The notes beneath the pieces were generated by a model. The model did not search any database. It was not told where the DNA came from and worked only from the letters and a program-made list of their open reading frames with translations. DNA of 16,674 nucleotides. Source: an uncultured Neomegalonema sp. (GTDB lineage: Bacteria; Pseudomonadota; Alphaproteobacteria; Rhodobacterales; Rhodobacteraceae). A program made the position numbers and the translations under genes. The DNA is taken from positions 1 through 16,674 of the forward strand of contig CALFAK010000070.1 in assembly GCA_937948985.1 (NCBI GenBank), written 5' to 3'. Shown here piece after piece: positions 7,836 through 16,674 of the stretch (positions are counted from its first letter, which is position 1; the number at the start of each line of letters is the position of its first letter).

Positions 7836-8597
7836 ATGATGAATAAGTTTTCCGCCGCGACTGTCGCTTTCGCCGCAACTATGATGACAGCTTCTGTCGC
7901 GCAAGCCACGATTTTTCAGACCGATTACCATGCCGCCGGCGTTTGGCAGAATTACGACAGCACGAATGAAGCTTTCACCTTTAAGTACACTGATGATGGC
8001 AGCAATGATGGTTTTTGGCTGGTCATTTCGGATGGCGAAAACCCGAAATACAATGAAAATGAGTATGCCATTCTCTATGGTGACCGCAACGCGAACCGCA
8101 TCACCGCCTATGCATATGACGGCCAGAACAACGCAAACAGCTTTAGAACAAGCGATTTTCTGGGTACTTTTGAGAATGCTTTCACATCTGCCGGGGAGCG
8201 TGATGGCCTACCGCTGACGATGTTTTCGATTGATGTTGCCGAGATCAATGCCGCGTTTGATAATCCGGAATGGGATGGTGTTCAAACCGGCGCAGAGGGC
8301 GGTATTTGGTTCCATAAATCCGAAGGCAGCAATTTCTCATACGGTACTGACGGTTCAATTCTCAACTACGCTTTCAGCAACCAGATGTTTCTTGATGAAG
8401 CGAACACACCAGCGGGCAGCATCAACAATTCACCAAACTGTTCTGTTTCCACGAATTTCCGCTGTACCCCGACACAATTCGCAAGTGCGGGCTCAAGTGG
8501 TGGCAGCACAAGCGGCGGCGGTTCTGTTCCGGCACCGGGTGGCCTGGCATTGATCTTGATGGGCCTCGCAGGTATGGGTTTCCGCCGCAAGGGTTAA
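7836..8597 (+). CDS. Secreted protein with VPLPA/PEP-CTERM-type C-terminal sorting signal (paralog B), 253 aa
   Basis: Same architecture as the ORF at 83-826: signal peptide MMNKFSAATVAFAATMMTASVAQA, conserved body and C-terminal VPAPGGLALILMGLAGMGFRRKG. It carries an extra Gly/Ser linker (SSGGSTSGGGS) before the sorting signal. SD GGAG is 8 nt upstream. Confidence 0.85.
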   Translation: MMNKFSAATVAFAATMMTASVAQATIFQTDYHAAGVWQNYDSTNEAFTFKYTDDGSNDGFWLVISDGENPKYNENEYAILYGDRNANRITAYAYDGQNNANSFRTSDFLGTFENAFTSAGERDGLPLTMFSIDVAEINAAFDNPEWDGVQTGAEGGIWFHKSEGSNFSYGTDGSILNYAFSNQMFLDEANTPAGSINNSPNCSVSTNFRCTPTQFASAGSSGGSTSGGGSVPAPGGLALILMGLAGMGFRRKG

Positions 8598-8621
8598 TCC
8601 GAGACGAATGAATACGCACAA

Positions 8622-8648
8622 AGCCGGGCCTCGCGCCCGGCTTTTTTA
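8622..8648 (+). terminator. Rho-independent terminator, bidirectional (shared by paralog B and holC)
   Basis: AGCCGGGC-ctcgc-GCCCGGCT with a perfect 8-bp stem, followed by TTTTTTAT on the plus strand and preceded by an A-run that gives a U-run on the minus strand. Confidence 0.6.
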
Positions 8649-8652
8649 TGCG

Positions 8653-9117
8653 CTATGACGGTGCAACGGATTCAAACGCTTTGGTCCAGCGCCCGTTATC
8701 GTCTTGCTTCCAATAGGTTGCCCCGGTTTGTTCAGACGCCCGCTTCCATTGCGCCCGCGCGAATGCCTTGGCGTCCATGTCGTCATCCGCAAACATCACG
8801 ATTGTTCGCGTGTAATCCGCAAAACTGTCCGCATCGGCGGCATCGATCAGGAACAGCACATCGGGGTTGTTCGGCGTCTCAACGCCCGTGGTCAGGTAGA
8901 TCGGCTGCCGCTCCGGCGCGGCGCACCCCTGCCGTGCGTGGGGCAGAAAGCTCTCATCGCGATAGGTCCACAACAGCGTATCCAGCGCTTCCAGCCGCTC
9001 CTGCGACGTGCCCCGCACCACCGCCCGCCAGCCCCGCTGCAACGTGCGTTCCAGCAAGTCGGGAAGCGCACGATCCAGCGGCTGTGCAGTCAAATGATAG
9101 AACAGCGCCTCCGCCAT
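8653..9117 (-). CDS. holC: DNA polymerase III subunit chi
   Basis: 154 aa. The N-terminal pattern ALFYHLT...RALPDLLERTLQRGWRAVV...LEALDTLLWTYRDESFLPH matches the HolC family (FYLL...G.R.L...LD..LW....F.PH). It lies immediately downstream of pepA with a start/stop overlap, the conserved pepA-holC arrangement. Confidence 0.75.
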   Translation of the reverse strand: MAEALFYHLTAQPLDRALPDLLERTLQRGWRAVVRGTSQERLEALDTLLWTYRDESFLPHARQGCAAPERQPIYLTTGVETPNNPDVLFLIDAADADSFADYTRTIVMFADDDMDAKAFARAQWKRASEQTGATYWKQDDNGRWTKAFESVAPS

Positions 9118-9120
9118 CTC

Positions 9121-10608
9121 TCAGTTCTCAAATTGATCGCGTACCAGCCTGTTCAGCGTCGCCACACCCCAGCCCGATGCGCCTTTTGGATAAAGGGCTT
9201 TGGCCTCTTTCGACAGCGTCACACCTGCAATATCGATATGCGCCCACGGGCTGTCATCAACAAAGCGTTGCAGGAATTGCGCGGCTGTTGCCGACCCTGC
9301 TGCCCGCCCGCCCGTGTTCTTGATATCCGCGAGCGAAGATTTGATGAGATCGTCGTAATCCTTGCCCAGCGGCATCCGCCAGATGCCCTCATCCTCTTCC
9401 TTCGCCGCCGCCGTAATCTGGTCGGACAGGGCGTCGTTATTCGAGAAAAATCCGGCCCGCGAGTTCCCCAGCGCGATGATGATCGCCCCGGTCAGCGTCG
9501 CAAGATTGATCGTCGCACGCGGCTTAAACTCCCGCTGTGCGTAGTACAGCACGTCCGCGAGGACCAAGCGCCCCTCCGCATCGGTGTTGATAATCTCGAT
9601 GGTTTTGCCCGACATCGCCGTCACAATGTCACCGGGTCGTGTGGCTTTACCGTCCGGCATGTTCTCGACGAGGCCGACAACGCCGATCACATTCGCCTTG
9701 GCTTTGCGCATTGCCACGGTTTTCATCAGACCGGACACGACGCCCGCGCCGCCCATATCCATCGTCATCTCTTCCATGCCGCCGGCGGGCTTGATCGAGA
9801 TGCCCCCCGTGTCAAAGGTCACGCCCTTGCCCACGGCACAGAACGGCGCGGCGGATTTATCATCCGCGCCCAGCCATTTCATCACCACCACATGGCTCTC
9901 ACGCTCACTGCCCAGCCCCACGGCCAACAGCGACCCCATGCCCAGTTCTTCCAGCTTATCCTCGTTCAGAACTTCCACCTCAACGCCCAATTCGCCCAGG
10001 TCCAACAGACGTTCCGCAAAGCTGCTCGGGTAGAGGACGTTGGCCGGTTCACTGACTAAATCGCGTGTGAAAGCAGTGCCTTCGGCCAAAGCGTTCGTAT
10101 TAATAAACGCTTTCTCAGCACCGGAAACATCAGAGGCGGCCACAACGACATTACCCGGTCCGCGATCGGTCGGGCCTTCGGTTTGGGTCTTGTATTTGTT
10201 GAAAGCATAACGCCGCATTTTGATGCCCGCGCTCAGTTCGGCGATCATCGCCGGGCTGCCCAGCGCATCCGCAAACACCGTCGCACCGCTCTCATCCAGC
10301 CGCCCCAGCGCCGACCCGATCCGCCCGCCCAGCTTGCGCGCTGTTGTCGGGGTCAGCTTTTCCAAGCCCATACCGACAATCACAATCCGCGAGGCCTGTG
10401 TTCCCGCCGGAACCGGATATTCCAGTGTATCGCCGTGCTTGGCGTGAAAGCGCGACGTATCAATCGCCCGCCGGATCGCCCCGTTCAGCAGCGTATCGGC
10501 GGCTTCACTCGCCCCGCTAAGGCTGCCATCGCCCGCCACCGGCACAACAACAGCACCTTCGATATCTTTGAGGCCGTCAAGCGCGATCTCTTTAAATGAG
10601 AGTTTCAT
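9121..10608 (-). CDS. pepA: Leucyl aminopeptidase (M17 family)
   Basis: 495 aa. M17 signature NTDAEGRLVLAD and metal-binding region VGKGVTFDTGGISIKP. Confidence 0.9.
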   Translation of the reverse strand: MKLSFKEIALDGLKDIEGAVVVPVAGDGSLSGASEAADTLLNGAIRRAIDTSRFHAKHGDTLEYPVPAGTQASRIVIVGMGLEKLTPTTARKLGGRIGSALGRLDESGATVFADALGSPAMIAELSAGIKMRRYAFNKYKTQTEGPTDRGPGNVVVAASDVSGAEKAFINTNALAEGTAFTRDLVSEPANVLYPSSFAERLLDLGELGVEVEVLNEDKLEELGMGSLLAVGLGSERESHVVVMKWLGADDKSAAPFCAVGKGVTFDTGGISIKPAGGMEEMTMDMGGAGVVSGLMKTVAMRKAKANVIGVVGLVENMPDGKATRPGDIVTAMSGKTIEIINTDAEGRLVLADVLYYAQREFKPRATINLATLTGAIIIALGNSRAGFFSNNDALSDQITAAAKEEDEGIWRMPLGKDYDDLIKSSLADIKNTGGRAAGSATAAQFLQRFVDDSPWAHIDIAGVTLSKEAKALYPKGASGWGVATLNRLVRDQFEN

Positions 10609-10699
10609 ATGTTCAGCCTCGGTTTATCTGGAATAATCGCCATTTGCGCGAGTTGTATATGGCGTACCGTATTCAACGGATGAATTGCAATGTGGCTTT

Positions 10700-11644
10700 T
10701 TATGACGCTGTTTCCAACACACCCTGCGCCTGCTCCGCCGCGACAAAGGCGTCCGCACAGGCTTTCGCTAGCGTCCGGACCCGCCCGATATAGGCTTGGC
10801 GTTCGGTCACAGAGATCACGCCCCGCGCGTCCAGCAGGTTGAACACATGGCTGGCCTTGATGCACTGGTCATAGGCGGGGTGCGCCATGATGATCGACTG
10901 ACCCGTTTTCGGATCATCCGCCGGAGCCGCCAGAATCCGCCCGCATTCCGCTTCCGCATCCTCGAAATGCCGCAGCAGCGTATCCGTATCGGCCACATCA
11001 AAGTTCCAGCGCGAATATTCCCGCTCGGTTTGCCGGAAAATATCACCGTATTTCATCGCAATCGGCGCGTCCGGATCGTTGAACGGCATATCCATAACAT
11101 GGTCCACGCCAAGCACATACATCGCCAGCCGCTCCAACCCGTAGGTCAATTCGCCGGAGACGGGGCGGCAATCATGCCCGCCAACCTGCTGAAAATACGT
11201 GAATTGTGAGACTTCCATCCCGTCCACCCACACTTCCCAGCCCAGCCCCCACGCACCCAGCGTCGGGCTTTCCCAGTCATCCTCAACGAAGCGGATGTCA
11301 TGCAGCGAAAAGTCGATCCCGATCGCCTTCAGCGAGCCGAGATACAGGTCTTGCAGGTCCGGTGGAGACGGTTTGATCAGCACCTGATACTGATAATAGT
11401 GCTGCAAACGGTTCGGGTTCTCGCCATAGCGCCCATCGGTCGGGCGGCGCGAGGGCTGCACATAAGCGGCTGCCCACGACTTCTCGCCCAGCGCGCGCAG
11501 GGTGGTCGCCGGGTGAAACGTGCCCGCGCCGACTTCCATGTCATAGGGCTGCAAAATCGCGCATCCATGCGCCGCCCAGTAGTTTTGCAGGCGCAGGATA
11601 ATCTCCTGAAAGGAGCGCGGGGCTTGGTCAGAATTCTGGGTCAT
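10700..11644 (-). CDS. glyQ: Glycine--tRNA ligase alpha subunit
   Basis: Near-identical to the E. coli GlyQ core: [75 protein letters not shown] and [16 protein letters not shown]. The ORF track starts at GTG 11743, but that 33-aa basic extension is not GlyQ-like. The ATG at 11644 ([23 protein letters not shown]) aligns with the E. coli N-terminus. Confidence 0.9.
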   Translation of the reverse strand: MTQNSDQAPRSFQEIILRLQNYWAAHGCAILQPYDMEVGAGTFHPATTLRALGEKSWAAAYVQPSRRPTDGRYGENPNRLQHYYQYQVLIKPSPPDLQDLYLGSLKAIGIDFSLHDIRFVEDDWESPTLGAWGLGWEVWVDGMEVSQFTYFQQVGGHDCRPVSGELTYGLERLAMYVLGVDHVMDMPFNDPDAPIAMKYGDIFRQTEREYSRWNFDVADTDTLLRHFEDAEAECGRILAAPADDPKTGQSIIMAHPAYDQCIKASHVFNLLDARGVISVTERQAYIGRVRTLAKACADAFVAAEQAQGVLETAS

Positions 11645-11781
11645 CGCTTTACCGTTCTTGACGTTTGTTGAGGCTGTACCCTTCTCCGCCTTACGGGTCA
11701 ATTTACGCGGGCGGATATGTGCGAAAAGCGTATTAAATGGCACTTTCTGCCGGAAAGAAATATTCTAGTTTTGTTCTGCTA

Positions 11782-11797
11782 TGTTTCACGTGAAACA
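11782..11797. promoter_or_regulatory. Perfect 16-bp palindrome TGTTTCACGTGAAACA (candidate operator)
   Basis: Perfect dyad in an AT-rich intergenic region about 140 nt upstream of the glyQ ATG. It does not match a regulator consensus I can name with confidence. Confidence 0.3.
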
Positions 11798-12158
11798 CCT
11801 CGCCAAAACCCCGCAATTCCGGCCTTCAACTCTCACTACACTGAAACCTGTTACAATGAGTGCATTCTCGTTAAAGTAGAAAATCTCTAAAAGTAACTTA
11901 TAATCAATGTCTTAAGCGGTGCTAGTATGATGCCGCAGAATTCCGCCAAAATACGCAATCATGCCACAGCCAAGCCATTCACGCGCCAGACCGTGCCCTG
12001 TCCAATGGTGCCGAGCGCCAAAACCTCCCGCGCGCCGAACTTATGGTTGTGCGGCGTGATCCGCGCGTGTGTTTTACGCTCACCTGCGGTTAAATTGGCC
12101 ACGTATCACTGTACCACCCGCCCCGAACAAACGGGACGGGCTTTGTCAGGCGCGATGA

Positions 12159-13307
12159 TCAATCCCGCAACCGCACAAGGTCGTTCATCAGCCCTTCGGT
12201 CCCGTTGTGAACCGTCAGCCGTTCGACTTTCCCCGCCAGTTCCTGCAACGCCTCCAACTCTTTCAGGCGCAGCATAACCGGGTTCTCCGCCATCACCTTT
12301 GCGGTGTTCAGCAGCGAACGGGTCGCATTTGTCTCCTCGCGGCGGCGGATGACATTGGCTTCCGCCTCTTTCTCCGCCGCAACGACCTGGTTAAGGATCG
12401 CGCGCATATCGCCGGGAAGGATCACGTCCTTCATCGCCAATTCGCTGACCTCAACCCCCAGCGCGCTCATCGCTTCACGCACAGGAGTGGCGTCGATATC
12501 GACCTTCTCCGCAAGGATCTGGTCGAGCGTTTTCGCCCCCAACGTCCGGCGCAGCGCGAACTGCGCCTCGCGGTACAGCGTCTCCGAAAAGTCGCGCGTT
12601 CCCGTGACTGCCGCAACAGGGTCAACGACCTTGTAGATAACGCTCAGGTTCACGCGGATCGTCACGCGGTCCTTGGTAAGCAATTCCTGTTGCGTGATCT
12701 CCAAAGCGGTGCGGCGCAAGTCCACCCGCTTCAGATCAAGCGCAGGTCCTGCCATCCAGAACGCGTGCGCCCCCGGTGCCAGCTGGCGGTCAAAGACACC
12801 GTCAACGAACAGCAAGCCAACCTGCTCCGCATCAACATTTGCGCGCCAAATCAAACCGCGCGCGGCAGGCAGAGAGACAGGCAAACGGCGTACCAGCGCG
12901 GCGGACAGCGCAAGATCGGCGCTTATATCGAACCGCTCGACAGACCACGGCCCCGCATCGGTCCAATACCACGCACGGGCATCGACGCCGATCAGATCGA
13001 ACGGACGACCATCACGGTAGACAACCGCTGTTTCCTGCGGCCCTGTGCGAACCTCGGTCATGTGTGCCTCGGTCAGATCAGGTCGCGCTTTGGTCAGCTT
13101 TTCCATCGTCGAGCCATCCAAACGGGCATTGTCGAGCATGAATCGCTGCACCCCCAATTGCTTGCCCCGGCGCAGGATCGCCTGCTCACCGGCTCCGTAG
13201 ATGCTTTTGTATTGGCCGTTCACAGAGACGAGCAGACGCTCGCCCTCGGTAACAACGACACGCTCGACGCCAAGGAGGGCGTCGAAAAGTTTGCGAATGA
13301 TAGTCAT
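12159..13307 (-). CDS. SPFH/band-7 (slipin/stomatin-prohibitin-like) domain protein
   Basis: The C-terminal ~190 aa is a typical SPFH domain (ITQQELLTKDRVTIRVNLSVIYKVVDP...VVAAEKEAEANVIRRREETNA...). ATG 13307 is preceded by a strong SD AAGGAGA 6 nt upstream. The ORF is open upstream to 13496, but that extension is Pro/Arg-rich, lacks an SD and is probably non-coding. Confidence 0.8.
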   Translation of the reverse strand: MTIIRKLFDALLGVERVVVTEGERLLVSVNGQYKSIYGAGEQAILRRGKQLGVQRFMLDNARLDGSTMEKLTKARPDLTEAHMTEVRTGPQETAVVYRDGRPFDLIGVDARAWYWTDAGPWSVERFDISADLALSAALVRRLPVSLPAARGLIWRANVDAEQVGLLFVDGVFDRQLAPGAHAFWMAGPALDLKRVDLRRTALEITQQELLTKDRVTIRVNLSVIYKVVDPVAAVTGTRDFSETLYREAQFALRRTLGAKTLDQILAEKVDIDATPVREAMSALGVEVSELAMKDVILPGDMRAILNQVVAAEKEAEANVIRRREETNATRSLLNTAKVMAENPVMLRLKELEALQELAGKVERLTVHNGTEGLMNDLVRLRD

Positions 13308-13612
13308 AGCGCTCTCCTTGTTGAATTTTATGGGTTGAAGGGTGAAAGGGTAGGGTGGTGGTCCCCGAAACGCGGCTTTCAGCGCCGCATCAGGATCGAT
13401 ATGAGCGGATGGCGGGGGCCGTGCGCGGTGCATCGGGCGGGGCGGATCGTAACCCGCCTGACCTTCAGCGCGACGCACAGCCGCCTTCATCGTCAATACC
13501 GGACCGGACGCGGCTCTGTGATTTCAAAGACGCATTCATGTGCCTGAAGGCAACACAAACGCATCAGTAAAATCGGCCTCATTTCGGGGACCGTTCAGTA
13601 TACAGCTCCAAA

Positions 13613-13655
13613 AGCTGGCGCAGGACTCGAACCTGCAATCCTTACGGAGTTACCA
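13613..13655 (-). other. Orphan tRNA 3'-half-like fragment (T-arm plus 3' acceptor strand, no 5' partner)
   Basis: The minus strand reads ...GCAGG-TTCGAGT-CCTGC-GCCAGCT-T, a canonical T-stem/loop (GGTTCGAGTCC) followed by a 7-nt acceptor 3' strand. The complementary 5' strand AGCTGGC does not occur anywhere nearby. It lies 3-4 nt downstream of the tRNA-like gene. Confidence 0.35.
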
Positions 13656-13658
13656 TTT

Positions 13659-13731
13659 GCGAGATGACGGGAATTGAACCCGTTACCGTCCGATTAGATG
13701 TCGGATGCTCTACCAGATGAGCTACATCGGG
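13659..13731 (-). tRNA. tRNA-like gene, anticodon TCT (Arg), atypical and possibly a pseudogene
   Basis: Minus-strand cloverleaf CCCGATG-TA-GCTC-ATCTGGTA-GAGC-A-TCCGA-CATCTAA-TCGGA-CGGTA-ACGGG-TTCAATT-CCCGT-CATCTCG-C. The D-arm, anticodon stem and T-arm are canonical. Acceptor pairs 2:71 (C·C) and 3:70 (C·T) are mismatched. Position 33 is A instead of the near-invariant U. Confidence 0.4.
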
Positions 13732-13954
13732 GTGGGAGTAAACCACCGTTTAAGAACACTATTCCGGTCACCGGCCTCGCAACGTGATAACCGAAACGGC
13801 TCACGGCAGGGGAGACATATTTTCATATTGGACCTCCCTTTCGTTGAGGCTCAGGCCGTCAGTATGCCCAGGGGCGAGATGCCCGAAAATGACGATCCCA
13901 TGCAACGCCTGCTACATCGTGGCCACAAACTATGCGATATATGTTGTTAAATTG

Positions 13955-14245
13955 TCACGTATCGAGATGTTCGCTTTCACGCGCAATCGACCACTCTATC
14001 AGCTCCCGCCATAGCGTTTCGGCCAACTCCGCATCCAACCCGTGCGCCGCCGCCCCGGCCCTGGCCTTGCTGATAACCTCCGCAACCCGATCATGCGTCC
14101 GCGCCGGAAGTTTTTCATTTCGTTTCAAATCCACTGCGCGGTCAATATACCCTGCCCGTTGCACCAACAGCCTGATCAGGGCGGCATCAATCGAGTCGAT
14201 CTCGGCCCGCAACTCGCTCATGGTGCTGCACTCTTGAGGGGTCAT
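13955..14245 (-). CDS. Chorismate mutase (AroQ class)
   Basis: The 96-aa protein MTPQECSTMSELRAEIDSIDAALIRLLVQRAGYIDRAVDLKRN...ARTHDRVAEVISKARAGAAAHGLDAELAETLWRELIEWSIARE shows the AroQ pattern (L..LR.EID.ID..L..LL..R..........K). SD AGGAGCG is 7 nt upstream of ATG 14245. The ORF-track extension to 14404 has no signals. Confidence 0.8.
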   Translation of the reverse strand: MTPQECSTMSELRAEIDSIDAALIRLLVQRAGYIDRAVDLKRNEKLPARTHDRVAEVISKARAGAAAHGLDAELAETLWRELIEWSIARESEHLDT

Positions 14246-14446
14246 TTTATCGCTCCTGAACGGGTCATTCGAAGTTTTCGCGTCCTCTTTACGCGGCCTC
14301 ACCGCAATTGCGAAAAAAAGGACTGAAAACCCGCATTTTTTCTCACAAATCAACACCATATGCCGTCCCCGCCGTTGCCCCCGCGCCCCTGCCGTCGTAT
14401 ACATTTCATTAACCGCATAACCGATTGCGCCAGTACGGAGACTCCC

Positions 14447-16674
<2,228 letters not shown>

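Noticed and set aside
11873-11891. Irr ICE-box-like motif (minus strand TTTAGAG-att-TTCTACT vs consensus TTTAGAA-N3-TTCTAAA)
   Set aside because: Only 11/14 positions match, it sits in an AT-rich region where such matches arise by chance, and there is no iron-related gene nearby. Not enough to call.
11927-12277. 116-aa plus-strand ORF overlapping the 3' end of the SPFH gene
   Set aside because: Low-complexity A/P/S/R-rich translation and no RBS. It overlaps a well-supported gene on the other strand. The TTATAAT-like box at 11911-11917 is probably fortuitous or part of the glyQ control region read on the wrong strand.
13540-13735. Possibility that the tRNA-like pieces are the acceptor piece of a permuted alphaproteobacterial tmRNA (ssrA)
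   Set aside because: I could not find a tag-peptide reading frame (…A-A stop) or pseudoknot-like segments downstream, the predicted intervening loop (5 nt) is far too short, and no CCA is encoded. I keep it only as a check to run (ARAGORN/Rfam), not as a call.

Overview
This 16.7-kb window (~59% GC) looks like an alphaproteobacterial, possibly Rhodobacterales-type, chromosomal segment. Most genes are recognisable housekeeping genes:
- an ABC-F (Uup-like) ATPase on the minus strand;
- a divergently transcribed Rieske non-heme-iron oxygenase alpha subunit;
- an Arg-rich hypothetical protein behind a near-consensus promoter in an AT-rich islet;
- a translationally coupled cluster of NDUFA12-like protein, MCE/MlaD-like protein, SAM methyltransferase and (S)-2-haloacid dehalogenase;
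- holC and pepA (minus), glyQ (minus), an SPFH/band-7 protein (minus), chorismate mutase (minus), and the 5' two-thirds of gyrA (GyrA-box QRRGGKG present).

Two regions stand out. First, two ~80% identical paralogs (83-826 minus; 7836-8597 plus) encode secreted proteins with a VPLPA/PEP-CTERM-type C-terminal sorting signal. They sit in inverted orientation around the ~7-kb ABC-F to dehalogenase block, and each copy carries its own conserved ~70-nt leader and the same terminator stem. Second, at 13613-13731 (minus) there is a degenerate tRNA-like gene (anticodon TCT; two acceptor-stem mismatches; A33) immediately followed by an orphan tRNA 3'-half fragment. This could be a tRNA pseudogene or an integration scar.

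Smaller observations: a perfect 16-bp palindrome upstream of glyQ; a four-tract G-run/C-rich leader upstream of the SPFH gene; a 36-codon small ORF with a strong SD; and a shared bidirectional terminator. No CRISPR array, transposase or integrase is visible.
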